NCBI GenBank assembly: GCA_017654855.1
Contig: CM030335.1
Location: 186,001-250,000, forward strand
Source: Podospora anserina
Taxonomy: Eukaryota
DNA length: 64,000 nt
Direction: 5' to 3'
Shown here piece after piece: positions 46,714-57,690 of the stretch. Under the pieces are notes generated by a model. It saw nothing but the letters and a program-made list of their open reading frames with translations. It was not told where the DNA came from and searched no databases. How positions within the stretch are numbered: the stretch's first letter is position 1; every line of letters starts with the position of its first letter. A program made the position numbers and the translations under genes.

Positions 46714-47347
46714 ACGCGCTGGCGAGTGGTGGATACCGGGTTGCGAGTTGGCGGACCATGATGAGGGGAGGCTGCTGGGTGGGTATTTTATGAGGCAAGT
46801 AGATACGTGATGCTCTGATGTTTTTGTGTTTCCTTTGGATAGATTTCCAGTCTCCGATGCTTTCATTCCCAGGTTCATCCGAATCTGATCATGTTGGCTT
46901 TTTATTAGTTGGTTTCTGTAGCGCTGCTCGACAGTCATTTGGTAATCATAGTACTATCCATACTCACTTGCATATCGTCTCAAATCAAACACTTTGCAAG
47001 CAGTCAAGCTTCATTGAACAAGGGCATGCACACGCCCAACCATTTCCCAGTAGGTACCTGATAAAGCAAAGACCTAAAACAACATCAAAGAAACACAAAC
47101 AGTTTCCTATCAAATGCTCAGGGGGTATTCATAGCAGCAACCGCGGCAGCCAACCAGTTCATCAGCCTTTTGTTCCCTCTTCCTCACCACAGTACTTCAG
47201 CTTCAGTTCTTCCGAAAAGGAAAAAAAAAGAAAAAATGGTAATTGGTATCATACATACACACACACAACCCCGACCTTCCCACTCTTGTTTGATCAAAAC
47301 TTTGAATAAAGAAAAAATGCCAGTAGGCCCATCCATTCCCTTCTCAC

Positions 47348-50300
47348 TCATTCCTTACTCCCATTTTCCTTCGTCTTCTCCTCTTCCACCTTCCCCCCAC
47401 CCTCACCTCCACCGCCATTATTACCACCCCCAAGAAACAAACTCCTAAAATCAGCATTACTCTTCTTCGGCCCAACAAGAGCAACCCCATTCGTCCTCAC
47501 CCCCAACCCCGGCGCCCCCGTTCCCATGCCCATCTTCGGCTTCGACCTCCCCAGCACCTGCGGCCGGTTGATACTCGGCGGCGGCGGCATCAACTGCGCA
47601 GCCGTCGGCGGCTTCTTCCTCTGCTTCTCCGGCTCCGGACGCGCACACGGGTCACTCCCCGCCACCTTCTTCTCCCCTTTGCTCTGAAACAGCTCCTCCG
47701 TCGTGCCAACACGCAGCTTCTGACCAGCTTCCACCTCCAGCCCGTCGATCACCAGCTGAGCCTTCCCCGCCGACGCGGCATCCTTGTACTCAACAATCGC
47801 GCCCCCATGCCGGGCATGCAACGTCAGCTTGACAAACTCCCCGGCCGGCTTGAGCAAATTCCCCACGCGGGCTTCGTTCATCGTGTCAGGAACGCCCAGA
47901 ATGACAACCTTTCGATCTCTCGCCGCACCGCCGCCGCCGCCAGAAGATACTGTTGATTCGGCAGCTGTGGACGCAGGGGATTCGGCATCCTCGGCGCCTC
48001 CCCAGGCTGTCGCCGTCTTCTTCTTCGTCCCCTTTGGCATCGAGGGCTCGACCTTGATCGGATGCTGTCCAAACATGGCCTTGTCCAGCAGCTTGATGGC
48101 CTCCTGCGCCTCCTCCTTGGTCTGCATCACCACAAACGCCGTCCCCAGATGCGGAATCCGCACGCTGACCACCTTGCCAGCCTTGGTAAAGTGGCCTTCG
48201 ACCTCGTCCTCCTTCATGGTGCGGGGGATGTTGATCACGTGCAGCTCTCTCTCCTCTTCCTGCGCCCCTTGCCGGTGCTGCTTGTGTGCTGGGTCGGATA
48301 TCTTGACCACGAGCCTGCACCTCCCACCCAACGCCTTCCCGTCCAGCTTGAGCGCTGCCTCGGCCGAGGCCCGCTCCCGAAAGGTGAGGTAGCAAAACCG
48401 CCGCTTCACGTTTTCCTTGAGGCTGGGGAACCGGATGCTGTGGATCTCGCCGTGGGCCTTGAAGAGGTTGCGGAGGTACTCCTCGTCGGCGTCTGGGGGG
48501 TAATTGGTGACAAACAGCGTGCAGTCAATGGCCGGGGTGACTTGGATGATCCGGTCGCCAAAAGGTTTGCCATCGCGGATCAGTGCTGCTCGCGCATCGT
48601 CCGAGTGTCGAAACTCGACCAGGGCAACCGCGTCATCGTCCCCCTTTTTGAGGTCGATGTTGTTGACGTGGCCGTAATCCCGAAAGAACTGCTTGATCTT
48701 GGTTTGGGTGGCGTCAGCAGGCAAGTTCCGCAAGAAAACCGTGTTGTGCTCGCGATCCCGTTTCACGTCATCCCCGTTCGTCTCGCTCCTGGGCCGCTTG
48801 TTAGCAGCATCGTCTTCGGCCGGGGTCGGCTCTCGCTTGCGCTTGGATCCGGGTGACGCGGAACCGGAAGCATCTGTCATGGGGACGTCTTCGCTCCTGT
48901 CCGCTGGCGCTGCTTGCTCCCGGGCTGCTGCGGCTTGCCGGGCTGCCTCGGCGGCCTGCCGTGCTTCCCGTTCTCGGCGCTTCTCGACCCCCTTGCGCGT
49001 CTTGTAGATGGTGTCGTGGGCCTCGCGCAGTGTTTCGGCCAGCTCGTAGTCATTGCAGTGCTTGAGGTACACCTGGAGAATCCGTTCGGGCCAGTCAAGA
49101 GTCCTAACCTTGAGCGCCCTGGTGAAAACGCGGGTGGCCAAGCTGGGGACCAGCAGACCTTGAGCCTGTGTGTTGGGGGTAGGGCTGCGGAGTTTGGCTC
49201 TGTGTGCGGTGAAGACTACCATCTCCCAGAGATACCAGTTGAGCCAAAAGTCGTAGCTGTTAGCGTGCAGCGGGATTTGCGACAGCTCATCCCAGATAGC
49301 ACGAGCCCCCTCGATGTCTTCCTTCTTTTCGGTGAGAAACTGGATCAGAATCTTCTCGAGGCGGTAGTCCGGATCGCCCTGGTAGTTTTCGCCGTATTTT
49401 CGCTGACCCCAGTGCTTGACATCCTCGAGGGCAGAGGAGAGACCCACTTCGGCAACATCAACAGCCTCTTCGCTGGCCTTGGGGTTCATGGCTGTTCGCT
49501 TGAGATAGCCGCACCATGCAGAATACATGTCCAAAACACCCGTCATTCCGTCTCTGTCAAGCTGGGGACTGTTGGTGGCGGCATGCTTGATGCGTTCGAC
49601 GTCGGCAAAGGTTAGCGCAGCCTCCTCGGCAGCCAAGATGTACCGAGCCCACACAGGACCCGCCCAGGGAATGTGATGCACGGCGCGACGGAGAACGTCG
49701 AGCATGTTTGGGACCAGATTGGCCGAGACGCGGGCACGGCCTGCCTTGAGGTCCGACTGGGAGGTCGACACCAGCGTGATAAAGTTAAGCCATGTAGTGT
49801 CGTCCGACGCCAGCACGCCTGTCAGCGCCCTTGAAAAGAGGCCGAGACAAATCTTGAAGTTGTCCAGCGCGTCCCGCTTGCCCTTGTGCTGCTTGATCTC
49901 CCAGTCAATGTACTCTAGCATCTCTGCACGTACCGCTGCCGTGTCTCCAGACTTGACGGCCAGCGACAGCTTGGTCTCGAAAGGGTCGCGCAGCGCATAC
50001 AGGCGCTTTGCATTCTTGGCGCTCCTCGTGATCTGCTCCATCTCGCTCTCGTAGGCCTGGCGGTTGTACTCGGAGAGGAATGTGGAAAACATCTGGGATG
50101 TCCTGTCCCAGGTGGCGTGCGGGACAGTCAGCCGATTGCGGAACAGCTGGGTGATTCTGCGAACACCAGCCTCGGTCACGGTCCGCCTCAGCAGCTCCAT
50201 CTCGAGCGAGATCCAGCGGTCCCAGAGTTCGTTGCTGTCGGACAGGCGGTACTGGACAGCCTCGTAGCCCCGCTGCCAGAGGTTGAGGGCGGCATCGATG

Positions 50301-50548
50301 GTGAATATGGAACGTCCGACCTCCTGCTCTTCTGGGGACCAGCCGGCATCGCTAACAGGTTGACAGTCGTTGTAGAGCGACCAAAAGTACTCGCAGTAGG
50401 CCATCCAGACCTTGATGCTCCCGGGCTCGGCCGACACGGCGTCGTTGAAGCTCTCAATCACGCGCACGCGTGCCTCGAGGTCGGTGGCTTCGCGCAGCTG
50501 GTGGTCGACATAGTCGACCCAATTGTCCTCCCCCACCGGGCTCGCCAT
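47348..50548 (-). CDS. prp24: U4/U6 snRNP recycling factor Prp24/SART3
   Basis: N-terminal HAT-like helical repeats, four RRMs (TVFLRNLP, TLFVTNYP, ELHVINIP, KVVILGVP) and C-terminal Lsm-interaction motif KKSNADFRSLFL. Confidence 0.92.
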   Translation of the reverse strand: MASPVGEDNWVDYVDHQLREATDLEARVRVIESFNDAVSAEPGSIKVWMAYCEYFWSLYNDCQPVSDAGWSPEEQEVGRSIFTIDAALNLWQRGYEAVQYRLSDSNELWDRWISLEMELLRRTVTEAGVRRITQLFRNRLTVPHATWDRTSQMFSTFLSEYNRQAYESEMEQITRSAKNAKRLYALRDPFETKLSLAVKSGDTAAVRAEMLEYIDWEIKQHKGKRDALDNFKICLGLFSRALTGVLASDDTTWLNFITLVSTSQSDLKAGRARVSANLVPNMLDVLRRAVHHIPWAGPVWARYILAAEEAALTFADVERIKHAATNSPQLDRDGMTGVLDMYSAWCGYLKRTAMNPKASEEAVDVAEVGLSSALEDVKHWGQRKYGENYQGDPDYRLEKILIQFLTEKKEDIEGARAIWDELSQIPLHANSYDFWLNWYLWEMVVFTAHRAKLRSPTPNTQAQGLLVPSLATRVFTRALKVRTLDWPERILQVYLKHCNDYELAETLREAHDTIYKTRKGVEKRREREARQAAEAARQAAAAREQAAPADRSEDVPMTDASGSASPGSKRKREPTPAEDDAANKRPRSETNGDDVKRDREHNTVFLRNLPADATQTKIKQFFRDYGHVNNIDLKKGDDDAVALVEFRHSDDARAALIRDGKPFGDRIIQVTPAIDCTLFVTNYPPDADEEYLRNLFKAHGEIHSIRFPSLKENVKRRFCYLTFRERASAEAALKLDGKALGGRCRLVVKISDPAHKQHRQGAQEEERELHVINIPRTMKEDEVEGHFTKAGKVVSVRIPHLGTAFVVMQTKEEAQEAIKLLDKAMFGQHPIKVEPSMPKGTKKKTATAWGGAEDAESPASTAAESTVSSGGGGGAARDRKVVILGVPDTMNEARVGNLLKPAGEFVKLTLHARHGGAIVEYKDAASAGKAQLVIDGLEVEAGQKLRVGTTEELFQSKGEKKVAGSDPCARPEPEKQRKKPPTAAQLMPPPPSINRPQVLGRSKPKMGMGTGAPGLGVRTNGVALVGPKKSNADFRSLFLGGGNNGGGGEGGGKVEEEKTKENGSKE

Positions 50549-52407
50549 TATGCCTGCTTTCTTCGAAGAGGCCGTGTCATTGGATGTCGGAGAGACCCGT
50601 CGCCGCTTGTGAAGCTGCGATGTGGCTGTACGTTGGACGGGAGCAGAGAAGACGGCCGTCGCTGGTTTTTTCTTCTTTTTCTCGCAAACGGCTGGCTAGC
50701 TGGCTGGCTGGCAGACTGACTGACTTTCTGGCTGGCGCGGAAAAAGAACTGGCTAGGTGCTCGTTTGGGAACCTTCGGAAAGGACTGGGACTCGAGGTTA
50801 GTTTGTTTGCGGCGGCAGCAGACGACGATGCGACAATGCGACAGGTGCGACAGATGCGATAGACGGAATCGGGTGCTCTTCTTCTTCTTTCTGTCACAGA
50901 AGGGAGTCGCAGCAGTGGTTGTCGATGGATGGGGGGAGTGGCAGCGGACGTGGCACCCTGGGAAATACAAATTCCGCGGGCTTTGACCCCACCCGGGGGC
51001 CTGGACTACGGGCTTGGGGCCTCCACCCGCCAAGGCCCCTTCTGCCAACAACCGCGTTTTTCCACCCAGAGCAGCAGCACCGACCTCACTAAAAGCATCC
51101 TTCATCTCTCTGTTGACAGACTGACAGACTGACTGACTAAACTGCCTATTAGATAAGCTATAATAAATACCTGGTTGGATACTCTACAATGTATGTCCCC
51201 CATCCCGACAGTCTGGGCTCACGTGTGGCCGTGGGCCTGGCTCCCGTCCAGGTAGTGCAAAACGCCATGCAAAAAACAAAAAAACTTAAAAAATTAAAAA
51301 AATTAAAAAAAATAGGAAGATGGGACGGCGGGGTGCCGGGACCGACTCCATCTTTGACATTTGGATGTATCCAGGTGTCTTCTGTATTTACACTACTGAA
51401 AGAGAAAAAGGACCCTGGATTCAAGTACCTAATTTTTACCTACCGTTGGTGAAAAGGCCAGACAGGCAGAGACACGGCTGGACAGATTCATCCGCCCTGT
51501 GGTTTCTAGTGGTTCTTGTGGTGCTTCCCATCTCATGGCCGCTCGTCATTGTCAGGCCGCCGAGACTTGGGGGTCTCCGCTGATCCATGTAGATCACGAC
51601 TGAGGCTGGCCAATCACAGCATCCCCTTCCTCCGTCCCGCAGGACCCTGACCAACCCTGACCACCGGCCACGGAGTGCCCATTCGCGACCACGAGCCTGC
51701 CGAGTGATTTTACAGCTTGTTTTGTTTTTCAGCTGTTGCCCTGCCTCTTTTTTTGTGCAGGCTGTCAGGCTGTCAGGCTATCAGGCTGTGCCATCAAACA
51801 GAGGACCGTCTTTGGTGATTCCAGGCCCGTCTGTCTCAGTCATCCGCCTGACGGGACCTATGACGTAGTGGCGCATTTGCAGGGTGCCATCAGGGACTCG
51901 TCAAAGTGCCGTCATATCCGATCGAGCAAAGCGTTCTAGGCCCCCCAGCGAACACCCCGCACAAAAGTCGCGCCATGCCGCTGACCAATCACCAACCGCC
52001 GTTTGACGAGGCTGTCTTGCTGAACACACGCCCAATCATGTGTAACAGTATGTCTATCACAAGTGTACCAGTCAAAACTGAAGTCCATATATTTCTCAAT
52101 TAGATAGACAATGCTGTTCTTAGAAGTTGTGCCCAAAGACGGGTTAATACGCAACTTGCAGTGGAGAAACTACTTGAGTGACTGCTACTATAAAACATTG
52201 AGCTCAAGTCAACGCGACGGTCGACCTGACCTATCTTTCGAGCGCCTGATGGATTCAGAACTCCCTCGCGACTCTTACCAGCAAACAAACTTCGCATTCC
52301 GTTGGCAATCAATCTATCTACCCACTCTTCAAATTCCCCTTCTTTTGCAAGTTCTCACGGTTCTATATCTTCCTGACTCTGTCACTCCAGCCCCACCATC
52401 TCCAACC

Positions 52408-53143
52408 ATGGCAACTAACGATCTTCAGATTCTCCATCCAGACTCAGCCAGAGTTCACTTGAACTCTCGTGGCTTCGTCAAGATCGAAAGAGTCGCTCAG
52501 AGCACCACCGAACCAGCGACCGATGTCCCTTGGTTAACGACTACTGGCCCGCCGACTGAAGAGATCTATCTTGCCAGAGTCACTGCCGGCAATCTAGAAG
52601 AGCTTGCCACGGCTCTTCGATGCCAACGAGACGGCGACACTCAGTTGTACGAAGTTGCTATCAGAGCTGTCCCCGCCAGCAGTTCCTCGTCGGTTGTCGC
52701 CCCCACGCCTTCTCAAACTCCCGAGTACTCGATCAACAGTGCAGAACACTGCGAGAATGATGACTCTATTGACAGCGATGAGCTCCTCGTCACAAGCCTG
52801 CGGCAGAAGTTGCGTAAAAAGAAGAGGGGTAAGTAGATGTCTTGTCAAAATGAGTGGCAATACATCAAGCCAGCTTGTTTTGTATCTGCAACTAACTGGT
52901 TGTCCTGTCAATACAGCACATAAAGCAACTTCCACTCCTCAAAGACAGCAGAACTCTCGCAGCTCTCACACCATCTCTTTCCCTCCGCCTCAAGCTCTTG
53001 GGCCCAAGGCCAGCCCAAGCCTCTTCTTCCACTGGTCTCACGCCGAAGATCAGAAAGCCCGCAGGCAAGCCAGAGCTGCTCAGATCGCCGCCTTGGTGTT
53101 GCAGACTCAACGGCGGCGCAGATCAAACAGATCGCGACGTTGA
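52408..53143 (+). CDS. Hypothetical protein, 2 exons
   Basis: ORF MATNDLQILHPD... joins ORF 52604..53143 in frame through canonical intron 52829-52916 (GTAAGT...ACTAAC...CAG). No recognisable domain. Confidence 0.45.
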
Positions 53144-53846
53144 ACACTGGTAGATTTAAAAATCACTTCGGGCTGAGTGATGAGAGATGTTGGGGAGATC
53201 TGAGAAGCATGCTAAACTATAGAGCAAGAATTGGCGATGTACGGTACCACTTGTACTCAGGGATGCCATCTGGGGATCGGCCATAGCGAGCTCTCAGATT
53301 CTATAATAAAAGCATTGATAAGAGCCCTCATTTGGAAAATACAAGGTCGTCTTTGAGCCCTAGCTTTATTCAGAACCTCAGTGCCTAGTATATCAGGATC
53401 GTGTTAGTAATTCCAACTTTCCCTTTCTGTTGCCGAGCTCAAGGAATTCACCCTTCTCAAAATCCCTTAAACACGAACATCACTGGAAGTAAGAAATCGC
53501 AACCTCCAACTGTTCAACCTCCTCTTCCCCTCCACAGCCACCCACCCTCCCAGCAACAGCCCACTACCCAATGCCACAAAACAATACCACCATAAACAAA
53601 CCAGCCGCATCTATGTCCCTCGGTACAAAATTCAACTTTCAAACCTACAGAATTCCAAATTCAACCACACCTCACATGGATGATTAAACCCGTCCCCCCG
53701 CTCCAAGAAAAAACGCCCAACCTCATCACATCACTCATTGTCAAAAAGTCCAGACAGACTATCCCATCCATCCATTCGTTCCTGCCGTCCCTCCTCTCCC
53801 TAATTTATCCAATCATTTATTACAGGCGGGGGTGCGCATCTAGTAT

Positions 53847-54152
53847 CTAGCAGCACCTCTTATGAAAAGAAAACATGCCCCTGCAGCAGTTGCACCCAAT
53901 GGTGAACCCGCCCCCGCGGAGGTTGAGCTGCCCGTCGTCACCATCGTCGCCGTCTTGTGTCATTTGGGGTGCGGGGTGGGATTTCTGGTAGGTCAGGCCA
54001 GGTTACATTGTCAGCGAGGGAGGGAGGGAGGAAAGGCTACAGAAACAAAAACATACGGGTTGGTCGGTGATGATTTGTTTGTTTGGTGGTGCTGCTGCTG
54101 ACATTTGCATGGCTTGCGGGGTGGGGGGTTGATTGTTATGGGTGGAGGGCAT
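53847..54152 (-). CDS. 77-aa microprotein with QP-rich N-terminus, LRGG motif and Cys-rich tail (CYSTM-like)
   Basis: Exons 54057-54152 and 53847-53984, intron 53985-54056 (GTATGT...CTGAC...CAG): MPSTHNNQPPTPQAMQMSAAAPPNKQIITDQPKSHPAPQMTQDGDDGDDGQLNLRGGGFTIGCNCCRGMFSFHKRCC*. CAAAATG start context. Confidence 0.75.
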
Positions 54153-54822
54153 TTTGACGGTGAAAGATGGAAGGATGAGGGGAGAAGAAAAGTGGGAAAG
54201 GGTTGTGGTGTGAAAAAAAAACCTAGAAGGTGAGATGGTGGAGTAGGTCGGTGTGTGTTGAGGGTGTCGTCAGCGTGGGCAGGCGGGGAGGAGGAGAAAA
54301 ACCAGGGAAACCCGATGGCGGTAGTTGTTGAAATAAAGTTGGGTAGGGAGGAGGGGGAAGAGGGAAAAAAATAAAAAGGTCGGTCTGGACCGGCGATTGG
54401 GGAGGGAGGTCAGCCAATGAAGAAAGATATAAACCGGGTGATCACCGATGCTGAGACAGGCACAACAGGCACGGGGGGAGGGGCGGTGCGTGGTGAGATG
54501 TGATTGGTTACGACACAAGAAGAGGGGGGGCTGGCTGGACTTGAAAAGAGGATGGGCGGGGCATATCATTGATATGTAAGAAAATATCCTTGGCAATTTC
54601 TCTTTCCTTTCTTTTCAATGGCTGTTTGACTGGAACATGATAACGACCGACGCCTACTACGACCTCTGCCAGTATTTGTACGTGTATGCTTCCACCTACT
54701 ACCCACCCAGCACACCCAACCTCCTCCTACACACAATCCAGATCTTTTACTCCTCGCCTAAGACAATAGGTAGTCAGTCCGCAAAATTCTTCCTCTCGCA
54801 ACCCTCTTTTTTCGCGGGCTCA

Positions 54823-55719
54823 CTATGCCTTGGGCTTCGTACACTTTTGCCACTGCAAGTAATGCTTCTGCACAAACTTGAGATCCGTCGAGTCGACCTA
54901 TAAAAATCGGGTATTCCGAATCAACATGGGATTCTCTCTCTTTGTTTTTGACAAAACCAACAACCCCCTCTTCCACCTTGTCATCAAGTTTCTGGTAACA
55001 AAAAAAAAAGAAAAAAAGAAAAAGAGGAAATCACTCGGTGCATCTCCGCCACCTTGTCCTGATCTTCTCGAGTCTTCTTACCGTAAGGAGGGCGGGCTTG
55101 ACCGCGTCCATGGGCGACAGCCGCACCTCGGAGTTGATGTTGAGGAGCCCCTCCAGCCCGCAGGGGGACCAGACGGTCGACTCGACGCCAAAGGTGTCCG
55201 TCTTGAGGTAGTTGTCGTCGTAGGGGCCCTTGAGCGTGAGGGTCGAGGTGATCTGCGGGTGGTGGTGTTGATGGTTAGCATCGATCTCGGTTCGTTCGTG
55301 AGCAGAGCATGAGGGGCCTGACTGACCTGCTTGGAGTCGCCCGAGAAGTAGTAGGTGGCCTTGCAGGTGCCCGTGTCTCCGGCGGGGATCTGAGCGTACC
55401 CGCGGTAGTCGGCCTTGAAGACGGAGAACTGGTAGCCCTGGGGGTACTTGATCTTGACGTTGAGCTGGCAGTTCTTGCGGTAGTTGGACGCGCTGATGCC
55501 CTGCCCGGCTTGCGCAACAAAGTTGGCGTACAGCAGCGTGATGGTGGTCAGGTCAGAAGAGAGCTGGCCCGAGACTGTACCAGCAGGGCAACCGGAGCCG
55601 GCAAAGGCGAGGCCAACGATGGAAACCTCATGGCCAGACGGGGTGTCGGCGAGGGGATCAACGAGAACCGGAGAGGCCGTGGCAAGGCCAGCCACGAGGG
55701 GGAGAATGGAGAGCTTCAT
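54823..55719 (-). CDS. Secreted DUF4360-family protein, 3 exons
   Basis: Signal peptide; AGSGCPAGT, RKNCQLNV, PQGYQFSVFKADYRGYA, ATYYFSG, VWSPCG..GLLNINSEVRL; last exon VDSTDLKFVQKHYLQWQKC. Confidence 0.88.
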
Positions 55720-57690
55720 CGTGAGTTGTTCTGAAGGTTAGATGGCGCGATGGTTGGTGATGATGAAGCCAAGGTGATTCTGAGGAGGATTGAAACAGCC
55801 TTCTTATACCCCGAATCTTTAAGTGTTCTCCTCCATAAGCTGCTGTTGCTATTTTCGTCGCCATCAAGACCGCTCCAGATCGGCCGAGACGATGCCCTCA
55901 CTCTATTGCGGAATTACGGCGTCACCTTCCACGAGATCAGCAGTCATGAGACCGAGCTGCTACTGGTGCGGCTTAAAGTCCGTTCTCGTCTGTTGCCCAT
56001 TTCTCAAGGAGCAAGAGGCTGTGGCGTTCGAGACAGACCACGGCTGGCCTGTCGACATATGAGCTCTATATGAATGCCTAGCATTCCCGGCTTGTTGGAA
56101 AAGGTGGGAAGGGCGTCTTAATCTACGGCGACACCTTATTCTTCCCTTCGCTGCTATTTTTGAGGCCTCAATCTCTAACCTGCCGCGGCAGGATGTAGGT
56201 CAGCACCTTCACTCTAAATTAAAGACACTCGGAAACCGCCAAATGCTCTTTTGCTGTTACTTGTCGCTCACTAAAAGTTGCACAAATCCAGGCTTTTGTC
56301 ATTTATCACTGCAGCTGTCCCCACACTCCCTTTGGCGGGTTGAAATTCCATCAATAGACAGCTCAGGAGCTCTGCGTCTCAGACCAACACCGCCCCTTCC
56401 GGCGAGAGAGGCGGCAAGGAAGTGCAAAGCGACAGACCACCAACACGTGAGAGGGTCTACGGCGGGCCAGAACAGACCCAGACCCAGACCCAGACCCAGG
56501 GAACTGGCTAATAGGGGTCGATGATCATATTACCGCCGAGACAGACACGGCAGAGAAGCGAGAATCCGGGGCACCCTCACCAGCTGAGCGACTGTGTGAG
56601 AAATAGGCTAAACAAGATAAACATGCTTTCTGACATGGCATGTGCAATCTCGTGTTCTCACAGGCCAATCAATGTTATCAGATCCGGGATCCCAAATGGT
56701 TTCGGGAGTTCTCGGTGAGATCGAAGCCTCTTCAACTGTACAGGCTCCCTAAGAAACTCGGAGCTTTTTGGATGAGCTAACAGCATCCGCCAGATACACA
56801 CAAGATTGGATATTTCTTCCACTGACTGATGGTTATCACCGAGTCGTTAGATCTCAAAGATCGCATCAATATCAGATACCTATCCTCAAACATCACCTCC
56901 ACCATGGTCTCTACCACAAGCTCATATCTGCATTGCCAGTTAGCAATATTGACCTCGATCCATCAAACATGTGTTCCATCTCTTTGAGCTGCAAATTCCA
57001 TCCTTCCACACACCACTCTTCTTCCACCTGCCACACGGTCAAAAACAAAGCATTCAGAAGTGTCGTAAAAACCCAGCCCCCTCCCCCAGAGCTAATCTGA
57101 TAAATCGATCTTCCCCCGCAGTCTATTCATCACCACCCCCATCACAAGCAAACATCACCATCTCTGACCTTTCCATTCCTACCTGCCTACCCCATCTGTT
57201 TTGATGCCCATTCTGATCGCTACCTCGTGTTTCACCTAGATGACGCCTATCATAGCGTTACCCGAGGGGGTCGTGGACTGCTAAAAGAAGAGACGTACCA
57301 TCACTACACGTTAGAACTCCCAGAAAAAGAGGGAGGAGGTAAAGGTAACAAGGGCGGGGTGATTCTTGCATCGATTCTCGATATCTTTGATTGGATACCA
57401 TCGAGGTTCCAATCCTGAACGTAAATGGTTTCATCTTGAGGAGAGAGGATGGTCTAAAAGATCAACATGAAGGACAGAGAGAGCAGGCAGATGTACACCA
57501 CCTTTCCCAGACTTCAAACCGCGGGAGAGCAATCGTAGAGTGAATCTGGCTTGGCCATACTGACTTGACCCACCTCACACCCACATGACATCTTGTCTTT
57601 ATCCCGCTACCTTTACACATGCCACACCCATAATACACAACTCCTCCCCAGATCTACCCAATCCCAACCCACCCCAACTCAATCCAGATC

